DNA of 64,000 nucleotides from an archaeon (GTDB lineage Archaea; Methanobacteriota_B; Thermococci; Methanofastidiosales; NM3), in contig RXIG01000024.1 in the NCBI GenBank assembly GCA_004212155.1, positions 7,853 to 71,852 on the forward strand, read 5' to 3'. Made by a program: the position numbers and the translations under genes. The notes beneath the pieces are model-generated. The model was not told the DNA's origin. It ran no database searches and saw only the letters and a list, made by a program, of their open reading frames with translations. This document shows, piece after piece, positions 26,191 through 37,070 of this stretch (positions are counted from its first letter, which is position 1; each line of letters opens with the position of its first letter).

Positions 26191-26556
26191 GATTACCTTC
26201 CAAAGATGGAGGATATCACTTGATGTTTTTCCTCTCGGGGCGCGTCGGTATGCATTAGTCCGTTCTTCAACAATATGGGAAATGGTATGTATCGTTCCAT
26301 GTGTTACCACCACTATTGATTATCAATGTCGCATATAAAACGAACATCCAAGAGAGGAGGAGTAAGGTGACCTTAATTTTGGAACGAAAATTATTTTTAG
26401 AATCAAAGAAAAAGCATGAAATATATTCTTAAAAAAAATATAAAATAAAATAATTGATTAGATTAGAATATAAAATATTTTTTAGGATAATATGAAATAT
26501 AAAAAGATTTATAAATCAATGCACAACGTTCATACTGTGGTTACCATGGAACCAGC
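26184..26556. other. Candidate replication origin (ORB-like TTCCA elements flanking an AT-rich unwinding region)
   Basis: Adjacent to orc1. The 26395-26490 stretch is about 90% AT. TTCCA cores at 26198 and 26295 (one orientation) and TGGAA at 26380 and 26547 (opposite orientation). 26291-26313 and 26535-26556 form a 15/17 inverted repeat GTTCCATG(T)GT(T/A)ACCAC. Confidence 0.45.
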
Positions 26557-27472
26557 GATCAAGCTCAACAATCTGACGAAGCGCTACACCTTCAAGATTC
26601 TCGCGCTCAAGGGCATATCCCTCGAGATCGACCAGGGTGAATGCGTCGGGTTTCTGGGGCCAAACGGTGCCGGCAAGAGCACAACGATCAAAATCCTTAC
26701 CGGACTCATACGCCCCACGGATGGTACCGCGTTCCTTAACGGTCATGACATCAGGAAGAACAAGAAGGAGGCACTGCGAAGCGTAGGGTGCGTCGTCGAG
26801 ACGCCCGACTTCTACCCATACCTCACGCCGATCGACACGCTCAACTACCTGGGCAATCTCAGGGGCGTCGACGGTCTTGATGGCAGGATAGAAGAGGTCC
26901 TCGACCTTGTCAACCTCCAGGACTGGGCCGACACGCGCGTCGGTTCGTTCTCGAAGGGCATGAAGCAGCGCCTCGGACTGGCGCAGGCGCTCCTGCACGA
27001 CCCGCAGTTGCTCATCCTCGATGAACCTTCCTCTGGTCTCGACCCGAAGGGAATGGCGGAGATACGCCAGCTCATCAACAAGCTCAAGCACGAGAAGACG
27101 ATCTTTCTCTCATCGCACCTGCTATCCGAGGTACAGCAGATAGCGGATAAGGTCGCACTCATCAACAAGGGTGAGATCCTCGCCTACGACACGATGCGCG
27201 GGCTCTCAAGCAAGCTCTCAAGCGTCCAAGAAGCGACCATCGAGACGCTCTCCCCCCTCACGGAGGAACAGCTGGAGACGGTGAGGTCACACCCCATCGT
27301 CAAGGACATCAAGCTCACCGATGTGAAGCACTACCTCCTCATCTTCCAGGGGGAGACGGAGGAATGCAGGATGGACCTCATGCGCGAGCTCATCGAACGC
27401 GGCATACCGCTCACGGCGTTCACGCCCAAGGGGCTTGGACTCGAGGACATCTACATGGAGATGATACAATGA
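26546..27472 (+). CDS. ABC transporter ATP-binding protein
   Basis: Walker A GPNGAGKST, signature FSKGMKQR, Walker B LLILDEPSSGLD. Start at ATG 26546 (MEPAIKLNNL); 26492 lies in the AT-rich spacer. Confidence 0.85.
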   Translation: MEPAIKLNNLTKRYTFKILALKGISLEIDQGECVGFLGPNGAGKSTTIKILTGLIRPTDGTAFLNGHDIRKNKKEALRSVGCVVETPDFYPYLTPIDTLNYLGNLRGVDGLDGRIEEVLDLVNLQDWADTRVGSFSKGMKQRLGLAQALLHDPQLLILDEPSSGLDPKGMAEIRQLINKLKHEKTIFLSSHLLSEVQQIADKVALINKGEILAYDTMRGLSSKLSSVQEATIETLSPLTEEQLETVRSHPIVKDIKLTDVKHYLLIFQGETEECRMDLMRELIERGIPLTAFTPKGLGLEDIYMEMIQ

Positions 27473-28269
27473 GCACGGTCTCTGACCTCTCACAATTGAT
27501 GACGATCATGCGCTACGAGATGCTCAAGTTCCTGCGCGGAAAGAAGCTCTACATCATGCTCGGCCTCATTGCCGTCATCGCAGTGGCAATCATGATCATC
27601 CCGCCCGCGCTTGGCGAGGCCTACCCCAATGCGGATGAGTTCATACAGTTCTTCGCACAGTTCGCAAACATCCTCGTCATACTCATCGTGACGCTCTTCG
27701 GGGCAGACTCGATCGTCTACGACTTCGAGAAGGGAACGGCGTTCGTGCTCTACCCGAATCCGGTGCGAAGGCGCACGATCTTCGTCGGCAAGTTCCTCTC
27801 GGCGTTTTTGGTCTCGGCAGGGGTGCTCGCAGCCTACTATATGCTTGCAGCGGTACTTGACTTCGGCATCAATCAGGCGGTGCCGCTCGAAACGGTCTGG
27901 TCGCTGCTTCTGGCGATAGGCTACATGTTCACGCTCATGTCGGTGACGTTTCTCATCTCGACGACGATGAAGTCGACACTTGCCGCCAGCGTCATCGTGT
28001 TCGCGCTCTTCTTCCTCGTCTTTTCGATGGTGGAAGGGGTGCTGACGGTCGTGGGGCAGGAACCATTCTTTGTCATCACGTCTATGAGCACGGTGATACA
28101 GGACATCATGGTCACCCCGTTCCCTGAAACGGTAAAGCAGGACTTCGGCGCGTTCCAGGTGCTCATATACCATCCGACGGTGCGAACGGCGCTTCTGGTG
28201 TTTGCAGGCTATGCGATACCGTCGCTTGCCCTTGCCTACAACAGATTCCTGAAAAAAGAGCTCCAGTGA
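27469..28269 (+). CDS. ABC-2-type transporter permease
   Basis: Six TM helices. ATGA overlap with the ATPase gene. Confidence 0.7.
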   Translation: MSTVSDLSQLMTIMRYEMLKFLRGKKLYIMLGLIAVIAVAIMIIPPALGEAYPNADEFIQFFAQFANILVILIVTLFGADSIVYDFEKGTAFVLYPNPVRRRTIFVGKFLSAFLVSAGVLAAYYMLAAVLDFGINQAVPLETVWSLLLAIGYMFTLMSVTFLISTTMKSTLAASVIVFALFFLVFSMVEGVLTVVGQEPFFVITSMSTVIQDIMVTPFPETVKQDFGAFQVLIYHPTVRTALLVFAGYAIPSLALAYNRFLKKELQ

Positions 28270-28271
28270 GC

Positions 28272-28751
28272 TCATCTCTTCTTTCTTATCCTTTTTTTCA
28301 TGCGAACGAACTCATGTTCATCCCCATTCGTTTTCTGCATGAAGGTCCTTTCGATCTCAAACCCTGCCGACAGGTAGGTGCGTATGGCACGCTTGTTAAA
28401 CGATGCCACGCTCAGGCATATATGGTCACCCTTGTAGCAAAAATGCTGGAGGCCAAACGCGATGCCCGAGCGTACGAACATCTCACCCTCTCCACGCCCC
28501 GTCATCCATGGGGCAAGGCCGAGGCCGACCTCCATGCATCCGGGAGTAAAGCCATACGTGAAGAATCCCACGAGCCGCCAACCATGGTCGAGAACGGCAA
28601 ATGTGCGGTCCCATGTCTCGGGGTTAAAAAACTCCCGAAGGTCGTCCTCATCGGCGGTGAGGTCGTAGAAGGAGTATGGCTCCTCATACGTCCATTCGTA
28701 TGCGATCTCCTTTGCGTATCGCTCATTCATCGGATAAAAGAAGAAGGCCAT
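28272..28751 (-). CDS. GNAT-family N-acetyltransferase
   Basis: GNAT core GLGLAPWMTGRGEG...F. ATG 28751 preferred to TTG 28772. Confidence 0.7.
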   Translation of the reverse strand: MAFFFYPMNERYAKEIAYEWTYEEPYSFYDLTADEDDLREFFNPETWDRTFAVLDHGWRLVGFFTYGFTPGCMEVGLGLAPWMTGRGEGEMFVRSGIAFGLQHFCYKGDHICLSVASFNKRAIRTYLSAGFEIERTFMQKTNGDEHEFVRMKKRIRKKR

Positions 28752-28887
28752 AGGCTCACCGACCGCAAACAACTATGGCAAGAGAGAATAAATAATTGAT
28801 GACAAGACCCCCTTTTCAGAAAAGAGGTCGATGGCAAAATCGGCCAAAGGGGGTCGCGCCCCGCCCCCGGCCAGGTTCAAAAGAATG

Positions 28888-29061
28888 TCACTTGCGGATC
28901 ATGCGCGCTCCGCATTTAGGGCACGTCATCTCGCTACATGGTTTTCGTAGTGTATGGGGTTCCTCGTGGCCACACTCCGGACACTGGCACGAGTCGGGTG
29001 GTCCGCGACCGCGGCCGGGCCGGCGAACGCCTGGTGGTGGGCCGACGCCTCCTTGTTGCAT
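28888..29061 (-). CDS. 57-aa zinc-ribbon protein with Gly/Pro/Arg-rich N-terminus (below ORF-track cutoff)
   Basis: Hand translation MQQGGVGPPPGVRRPGRGRGPPDSCQCPECGHEEPHTLRKPCSEMTCPKCGARMIRK. CxCxxC...CxxC. GAGGTGAT SD lies 5 nt upstream. Confidence 0.6.
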   Translation of the reverse strand: MQQGGVGPPPGVRRPGRGRGPPDSCQCPECGHEEPHTLRKPCSEMTCPKCGARMIRK

Positions 29062-29124
29062 GTTCTATCACCTCACGGATAATATGATTCCCCTCGTTGA
29101 AAAATTCTTTCCCGTTCCTCCTTT

Positions 29125-29748
29125 CTAGAAGAAAAGCGTGTACGAGAGCGCCATGACCAGTCCCGACACGATGGGAACGAAGAAGTTGTCATCGATGAAG
29201 ATGCGCTGATAGATGCTCGTGCCCCGGTGGAGCTCGAAGGGTATCATCTCGACGATGGCACCAACGATGGCGCCGATCGCGGCGAGCATGGCAACATCAC
29301 GCAGCGTATCCAACGGCGCCGTGAAGTGCATGGCAAAGATGAGGGCAGCGAACGCGAAGATGAAAAACGCGATTGACCCCTCGACCGTCTTGTTGTCGTC
29401 AACGGGATTTCTCGTCCTTCCCCATCGCTTGCCGACGATGGTGGCAAAGCCGTCTCCAAACGCCATCACGCCAATGGACGCGGCGGATATGAAGAGGGGA
29501 TAAAAGACCACGCAGACACCGATGGCGCAGATATAGATAAGGGGGCCGATAAGGTACCCATAGACATAGTCCTCCTCCCTTGCCATGGCGACAAACGATG
29601 CTCGCCATGCATGTAATCGAAAGACGAAGAGCGCAAGGAAGAGCATGATGGCAACGACAAGCAGGGCCGGTATGCGCGTGAGCACGAGGGGATAGAACAT
29701 CCATAGACCCATTCCGATGTGTACCGTCTTGCGCCTGAGCTCCTCCAC
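29125..29748 (-). CDS. CTP-dependent transferase/kinase family membrane protein (CdsA / dolichol-kinase-like)
   Basis: GDGFATIVGKRWG and NKTVEGSIAFF motifs, 6 TM. GTG 29748 after GGTGAGG; ATG 29712 is an alternative. The track start 29880 overlaps the thioredoxin gene. Confidence 0.6.
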   Translation of the reverse strand: MEELRRKTVHIGMGLWMFYPLVLTRIPALLVVAIMLFLALFVFRLHAWRASFVAMAREEDYVYGYLIGPLIYICAIGVCVVFYPLFISAASIGVMAFGDGFATIVGKRWGRTRNPVDDNKTVEGSIAFFIFAFAALIFAMHFTAPLDTLRDVAMLAAIGAIVGAIVEMIPFELHRGTSIYQRIFIDDNFFVPIVSGLVMALSYTLFF

Positions 29749-29773
29749 GTCCTCACCTTTAAAATGCGAGAGG

Positions 29774-30067
29774 CTAGATTGCCTCGTACTCCTCTTCATC
29801 GAAATCGTCATAGAGAACGTCGATGAGTTCCTCGAGCTCCTCGAGCTCGACAACGCCTTCCACCTTGGTAATGACTGCATCGCCCACCTCGAAGACGAGC
29901 GTGGGGATGTTGATTATCTCATACTTCCTGGCCTTGTTGTCCTGGTAGTCGACGTTGACGAGCTCGAACGTCACATCGTCAAACTCCATGGAGAGCTGAT
30001 CGAGGATTTGATTCTGAATCTCGCAGTCCTGGCACCAATCGGCGTAGAAATGGATAATCTTAATCAT
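29774..30067 (-). CDS. Thioredoxin-family protein
   Basis: IIHFYADWCQDCEIQ (WCxxC) and PT cis-Pro context NIPTLVF. Confidence 0.8.
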   Translation of the reverse strand: MIKIIHFYADWCQDCEIQNQILDQLSMEFDDVTFELVNVDYQDNKARKYEIINIPTLVFEVGDAVITKVEGVVELEELEELIDVLYDDFDEEEYEAI

Positions 30068-30429
30068 GCAAAAAGGAGTACTTGGGTGTTTCTTTTAAGC
30101 TTTGTGGTTTTCAACGCGAGGGGTAATTGTTTTTCAACCCTCATGAATCATTCGCCGATGAAATTAATAGGAAATGAGGAAAAAGCCGAATAAAAAAATA
30201 GTAAATTAATAATCTCAAAAATCGTACAAATCAATGGACAAAATTAAAGGATTTTAAAAGCACTATGATGGCGCATGAAACAGCTGCCTCCTGACGACCC
30301 AAAGAAGAGCGATCGCCATCAGAGGGGCATGTGCCACGCAGGCAATTCCTCTTGTTATGATCCCATGGTGCGGTCTGATGGCATCCAGGTGACGGACCCC
30401 TCACTGACAACCCATGGCACAGCTGCAAG

Positions 30430-31608
30430 CTAATCGATCAGGTACTCTTCCTGTATCCGGGAGATGAGCGTGCAGATGATCATCGCGACGCCTATGATGA
30501 TAAGCGTTCGTGGAAGTGACCATTCCACGAGAACCCCCACGACAGGATAGATGACGGCCTGCACGATACTATTGAGCATCGATATGGTGGATATTACCGT
30601 TGCCCGATTGTGTGACTCGATATGTTTGTTGAAATAACTCTGGAAGAGCACATACCTTGTAAGACCGAAGGCACAAATGATGAGAAGCAGGCTTATGACA
30701 CCTGGCACCCAAGCAATGACCCCTAGCGCTACGAATCCTATGCCAGGTATTATCGAGCTGACTGCGAGATATCTTCGTTTGGAGCCGACAAGGCGCTCCA
30801 AGCGTTCTAAGTTGTTCATGACAAGTATTTGCGCCCCTGTCATTGCGGCATTTATGAATCCAAAGAAGATGATTGCTACACCAAGGGACTGCAGGAGCGG
30901 TTGGTAGGTCCAAATGATGAAGAATGAAAGAGAGCCTATAGATACCGCATCGAACGCAAGGATCTGGAGAATCCGATGGTGCCTGAAATATTGGATCCCA
31001 TCCTTTACCATGGAAAAATAGTTGCTACTCTGATCCTTGCGATGAATGGGTGGCTCGTCGAGGGTGAGCGTGATGAGAAACGCGATGAAGAAGGGGATAG
31101 ACATGGCCAGCATCGCAAATCGAAGCCCCAGAACCGAGGCGATGATGCTGCCTATCGGACTGCTGACCATGATAGCAGCCAACTCAACACTCCCGAATCG
31201 CCCGAAGATGAATTTTGAACGATGTTCCTCCCCCATTTCTCTGAGGGTGTCGTAAACGAACGCCTCGGCAGCGCCAGAAAGCAGAGCCCCGCCCAACGCC
31301 CATAGGAACTCGCCAATGGCAAAGACAAAGATCGAGGGATACGATGCGTAGACGGCAGTTGCTGCAGAGAGCGAGAGGGCTCCGAACAGGAGCGACGTCT
31401 TTCTGCCGAACGAATCCGCTATTGCACCGGTAGGCACCTCGAGGATGAAGATCGATATGACAAAAAACGACTGAAGAAGCATGATCTGGCTGTAGCGTAT
31501 GCCACCCCAGTCGAGGAAGAACGGGACGAGCACCCCGCCTATGAAATGGAGGCTGAGGAAGAATCGCAATGCGTACATCTTCCGAATGTTGGCACTATAC
31601 GCTGACAC
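30430..31608 (-). CDS. MFS transporter
   Basis: 12 TM. GAIADSFGRK loop (MFS motif A-like). Confidence 0.8.
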   Translation of the reverse strand: MSAYSANIRKMYALRFFLSLHFIGGVLVPFFLDWGGIRYSQIMLLQSFFVISIFILEVPTGAIADSFGRKTSLLFGALSLSAATAVYASYPSIFVFAIGEFLWALGGALLSGAAEAFVYDTLREMGEEHRSKFIFGRFGSVELAAIMVSSPIGSIIASVLGLRFAMLAMSIPFFIAFLITLTLDEPPIHRKDQSSNYFSMVKDGIQYFRHHRILQILAFDAVSIGSLSFFIIWTYQPLLQSLGVAIIFFGFINAAMTGAQILVMNNLERLERLVGSKRRYLAVSSIIPGIGFVALGVIAWVPGVISLLLIICAFGLTRYVLFQSYFNKHIESHNRATVISTISMLNSIVQAVIYPVVGVLVEWSLPRTLIIIGVAMIICTLISRIQEEYLID

Positions 31609-31745
31609 GGTGATGTGGAGTAAAAATAGAAAATAAATAATTATTGACGAGGGGGCCGCTCATCAAGGAAAAACTATGATTCCCATGCTGATCACACTAT
31701 CAAAAATATAGCTTCATTACATCTTGAAGTTTATATTAGAATGAA

Positions 31746-32906
31746 TCAAGGCTCCTTGGACAATGCGGGGATGGGGGCTCCCCTCGCTTCATTGGTGCAT
31801 ACACCGTTTGTGAAGAATCTTTTGCCACGCACCCATGTCTCGACGACGCGTGCCTCGACCTCCATGCCAGAAAAGGGCGAGTGCTTCGCCTTAGAATGGA
31901 ATGTCGTCGGGTCAATAGCATAGGTCTCGCTCGTATCGACGATTGAGAAGTCCGCTCGTCCGCCGATGCCGAATCCGAATTCGAAGCCGTGCGAACGCAA
32001 TATGCGCTTTGGATTCTCATGCATTACAGCGTAGAATTGCTTGAACGAGATCTCGCCACGCACGAGCGCAGTCACCATCAAAGGAAGCATGGTCTCGACC
32101 CCGGAGATGCCAAAGGCGCCGTGTTCCTTCTCCTCGAGCGTATGGGGCGCATGGTCGCTTGCGACGATGTCGATTGTCGTGCCAAGCGCTGCCCAGAGAG
32201 CATCCCTGTCGTTGACGTTGCCAAGCGGCGGCTTGACGGTATAACCCCCAGAGAGGAAAAGATGGTGGGGCGTTGCCTCGCACGTGATGCGCTCATCCTT
32301 GTGGCGGGCGATGAGCTCGACCTCCTCCCTGCGGGAAACGTGGCATATGTGGAGTGGCGTCTCGTAGCGCTTCGAGTACTTGATCGCCTCCCGCATGCCC
32401 TCAATGTCGGCATGGATGGCAACGGGTTTTCTCAACATGAAGACGTTCTCAAGCAGCCCCTTCTCGAGAACGTATGAACCAGTGGTCTCTCCAAGGAAGA
32501 CCTTGATGAAGAACGGGTCGACACTAGCCGCCTGGCTGAGCGAATATTTGTCGTCGACACAGAAGTTCAGGACAAAATCGCATGCCGCATCATGGGACAT
32601 GAGCTCCAGCCGGCGCTCGTACGTCTCACGATCCGCCACCGGGGGCACGGTGTTTGGCATGTCGGCCACGGCGCAGATGCCCCCTGCAAGCGCCGCGCGC
32701 GTCCCTGAGGAAACGGTCTCCTTCTGGAGCTGCTCGAAGTCGCGCAGATGGACGTGCAGGTCGACAGGCGACGGAATGAGCAGCCGCGTCGGTGATGCGT
32801 GGGCCCCGTCCGTATAGGTGATCGAGTCAATGCGCTCCCCCTCGAACCCGATGGTGACGGGAAAGAGCCCGCGGCCTGTGGCAATATTTATATTGAACTG
32901 GGGCAT
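31746..32906 (-). CDS. pyrC: Dihydroorotase-type amidohydrolase
   Basis: VDLHVHLRD metal motif and DHAPH. Divergent from pyrBI. ATG 32906 is 26 nt from the shared TATA; 32927 is an alternative start. Confidence 0.8.
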   Translation of the reverse strand: MPQFNINIATGRGLFPVTIGFEGERIDSITYTDGAHASPTRLLIPSPVDLHVHLRDFEQLQKETVSSGTRAALAGGICAVADMPNTVPPVADRETYERRLELMSHDAACDFVLNFCVDDKYSLSQAASVDPFFIKVFLGETTGSYVLEKGLLENVFMLRKPVAIHADIEGMREAIKYSKRYETPLHICHVSRREEVELIARHKDERITCEATPHHLFLSGGYTVKPPLGNVNDRDALWAALGTTIDIVASDHAPHTLEEKEHGAFGISGVETMLPLMVTALVRGEISFKQFYAVMHENPKRILRSHGFEFGFGIGGRADFSIVDTSETYAIDPTTFHSKAKHSPFSGMEVEARVVETWVRGKRFFTNGVCTNEARGAPIPALSKEP

Positions 32907-32928
32907 ATGACCACTATAGGCAGCCATC

Positions 32929-32935
32929 TATAAAA
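32929..32935. promoter_or_regulatory. Single TATA element shared by divergent pyrC and pyrB
   Basis: TATAAAA is centred 26 nt from ATG 32906 (-) and 27 nt from ATG 32959 (+). Confidence 0.5.
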
Positions 32936-32952
32936 GGTCGTTGCCTAGGTGA

Positions 32953-34321
<1,369 letters not shown>

Positions 34322-34325
<4 letters not shown>

Positions 34326-35182
34326 TACGCAAAAGTGTAGCAGCAGGGGGATTCTACCCCTATGACCCCACGCTTCTGAAGCGTGAACTGACATCGTTTT
34401 TCGAAATTAACGGTTCGCAGGACATAAGCGTCAATCGAAGCGACGACATCGTGTGCGGTGTCTGCCCACATGCGGGATACACCTATTCGGGCAAGACCGC
34501 TTCGATGTTCTATAAGGAGCTTGCCGATGCGATGCCGAACAGATTCATCCTCGTCGGTCCCAACCACTACGGCCTCGGGCCAAGGGTCGCGGTGATGGAT
34601 GAGGGATCATGGGAGACGCCGCTTGGCCAGATGCCGGTCGACACCGAACTCGCCTCGGCCATCCTTGACGAATCGGACTACCTCTCGCCGGACGAACACG
34701 CACACCGACAAGAACACTCCATCGAGGTGCAGCTCCCGTTCCTCCAGTATCTGCGAGACGATATCTCGTTCGTCCCCATCTCGATGAACACGCAGGATCT
34801 TGACTCGGCAATAGAGGTTGCCCAGGCGATAAAGAACAGCGTTGAGGGTAACGTTGGCGTCATAGCCTCAAGCGACCTGGTCCACTATGGCGCATCGTTT
34901 GGATACAAGCCCGTTCGCGGAAGCGACAGCGAGATAATCGAATGGATCGAGCGAAACGACCGGCAGGTACTCACCATGATCGTCGAAAAGGACGTCGACG
35001 GGCTCTACGACTTCATATCAGGCCTCAACTACACGATGTGCGGGTACGGACCTTCGGCCGTTACGATGATCCTGGCCTCAAACTTCGGTCTCGACGGCAC
35101 GGTGCTCGACTATACGAACTCGTACACACACTCGAAAAACACCGATCTCGTTGTCGGTTACGGCTCTGTGATCTTCAGGTGA
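34322..35182 (+). CDS. amrB: Memo-like AmmeMemoRadiSam system protein B
   Basis: AAGGFYPYDP, CPHAGYTYSG and HSIEVQLPFLQ motifs. ATGA overlap with pyrI. Confidence 0.8.
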
Positions 35183-35390
35183 CGCCCCTCCCCAAGGAAG
35201 ATTCCGTGTGCGATTCGCTTGATGGGAAAATCTTTTCAAAACTATTTTAATTTTCTAATTTTTTTTCATTCTTTCATAACGATAAAATAAATTTTTGAAC
35301 GATAAAAAAAAGAATAATATACTCCTAAAATCACGAAATAAAAAGATTTATATGTGTTATTTGCACATCACTTGTAAGGGGGGTGGTAGC

Positions 35391-36611
35391 GTGTCAACGA
35401 CCACGTTCGAGATCAATCCGGCGACCCGTATAGAGGGTCACGCGAAGATCGTCCTTGAAACGAATGAAGAGGATATCATAGAAAACGCTTACTTCATGTC
35501 CACCAGCATGGTGCGTGGATTCGAATATCTCGTGAGAGGGAGGCACTATAACTTTGCAACATTGGTGACGCAGCGCATCTGCGGCATCTGCCCCATTCCG
35601 CATGGGCTTGCGTCAGCAGAGGCGATCGAGGATGCCATGGGCGTCACGCCTCCTCGAAACGCCATGTTGCTTCGCGAACTTCTCCTGCTGGCAAACAAGA
35701 TACAAAGCCACGCTCTGCACCAATACCTCATCCTTCCCGACCTTCCGGCCGACGAAGCGGTGCGTGCGGAGATGACAGAAAGGATACAGGAGATACGAAG
35801 GCTCAGCCAGAAGATCGTCGATACGGTCGGAGGCGAGGCGATCCATCCCTCGAACATCGAGGTCGGCGGCATGCGGGCGCCGATCACCGCCTATGCGGCA
35901 GCCATGCTCTACCGGGTGCTTCGCAAGTGCGAACGGCTCGTGAAGATACAACGAGACGACATGATGGCGCTCCTCGAAAAGATGTCTGAGGAGTCAGAGC
36001 ATCCCATGGGGCGGTATCGAGAGGCGATGCTTGCCACGGACATGACGTATGGCAACAGGGAACGATTCGACCTGTCAGCAATCACCGAGATCACCCCGTA
36101 CCGATTCTACCAGGAGCATGAACCCGGAAAGGAGACCCACATCATGATCCCACTCTACTACGGCGAGACCGTCGAGGTGGGCCCGCGTGCACGATTCTCC
36201 CACTTCAAGGGATTTCGTGGCGAGACGCCCATCGACATCAACATCGCCCGGGCGCGTGAGATGATGATCATGGTCTATCGTGCCGTGGAGATACTCGATG
36301 ACCTGTCTCCCACTGCGCCGACAAGAGCAGACGTCGTCGTGAGGAAGGGCAGCGGCATCGGCGTCGTCGAGGCACCGCGCGGAACGAACGCACACATGGT
36401 CTCGGTCGATGACAGCGGCACTATCACCGCCTACAACATGATCGTCCCCACGACCTGGAACATGCCCACCGTTGAGAGGGCGCTTCGCGGCAATCACCAT
36501 TCGCTTGCCGAGTTCATCGTCAGGTCCTACGACCCGTGCGTCGAATGCGCCACGCACTGCATCGAGGTGCGCGACCTTGATGGCAACGTCACGGAAAGGA
36601 GGATGATGTAG
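35391..36611 (+). CDS. frhA: [NiFe] hydrogenase large subunit, F420-reducing type (FrhA-like)
   Basis: RIEGHAKI, RICGICPIPH and C-terminal DPCVECATH plus a cleavable extension. About 406 aa. GTG 35391 after GGGGGGTGGT. Gene order A-D-G-B. Confidence 0.8.
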   Translation: MSTTTFEINPATRIEGHAKIVLETNEEDIIENAYFMSTSMVRGFEYLVRGRHYNFATLVTQRICGICPIPHGLASAEAIEDAMGVTPPRNAMLLRELLLLANKIQSHALHQYLILPDLPADEAVRAEMTERIQEIRRLSQKIVDTVGGEAIHPSNIEVGGMRAPITAYAAAMLYRVLRKCERLVKIQRDDMMALLEKMSEESEHPMGRYREAMLATDMTYGNRERFDLSAITEITPYRFYQEHEPGKETHIMIPLYYGETVEVGPRARFSHFKGFRGETPIDINIARAREMMIMVYRAVEILDDLSPTAPTRADVVVRKGSGIGVVEAPRGTNAHMVSVDDSGTITAYNMIVPTTWNMPTVERALRGNHHSLAEFIVRSYDPCVECATHCIEVRDLDGNVTERRMM

Positions 36612-37070
36612 ATGGCAGCAACGGTCATCGTGGGCTGCGGCAATCTGCTACGGGGCGACGACGGATTCGGCTGCCTCGTGGCGCAGCGGCTCGCCTCCAT
36701 GCTCTCTCCAAGGCGCGACATCGAGATCGTCGATGCGGGAAGTGCCGCCGGGCAGTATATCAATCTTCTCTCAAGCAAGGACGACCCTCCATCGCTCATC
36801 GTGATCGACGCAGGCATGTTCGGTGCCCGGCGCGGCGAGCTCCGCCTCTTCACGCCAGATGAACTTGGTGCCGATGCGTGCGGACACTCGCTACACGGCT
36901 GGCCCCTTCAGACAGAGATTGCTCGCTATCCCGGCGCCGCAAAGGCCCTTCTCTGCCAGGTTGACGACGATGGAACGAAGGACATGAGCCTGGATGTGAG
37001 CTCCGATGTGCGCGACGCCGTGGCGCAAGCATGCACGATGGTGTGCCAGTTGACGGAGGTGCGCGCATGA
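36612..37070 (+). CDS. frhD: Hydrogenase maturation endopeptidase (FrhD-like)
   Basis: VIVGCGNLLRGDDGFG and IVDAG motifs. Abuts the frhA stop. Confidence 0.8.
   Translation: MAATVIVGCGNLLRGDDGFGCLVAQRLASMLSPRRDIEIVDAGSAAGQYINLLSSKDDPPSLIVIDAGMFGARRGELRLFTPDELGADACGHSLHGWPLQTEIARYPGAAKALLCQVDDDGTKDMSLDVSSDVRDAVAQACTMVCQLTEVRA

Noticed and set aside
26128-26313. 61-aa minus-strand ORF upstream of and overlapping orc1
   Set aside because: It overlaps the orc1 start and TATA box and has no SD. The region is better explained as promoter and origin DNA. A second CATATAAAA box at 26331-26339 remains unexplained and may belong to origin structure.
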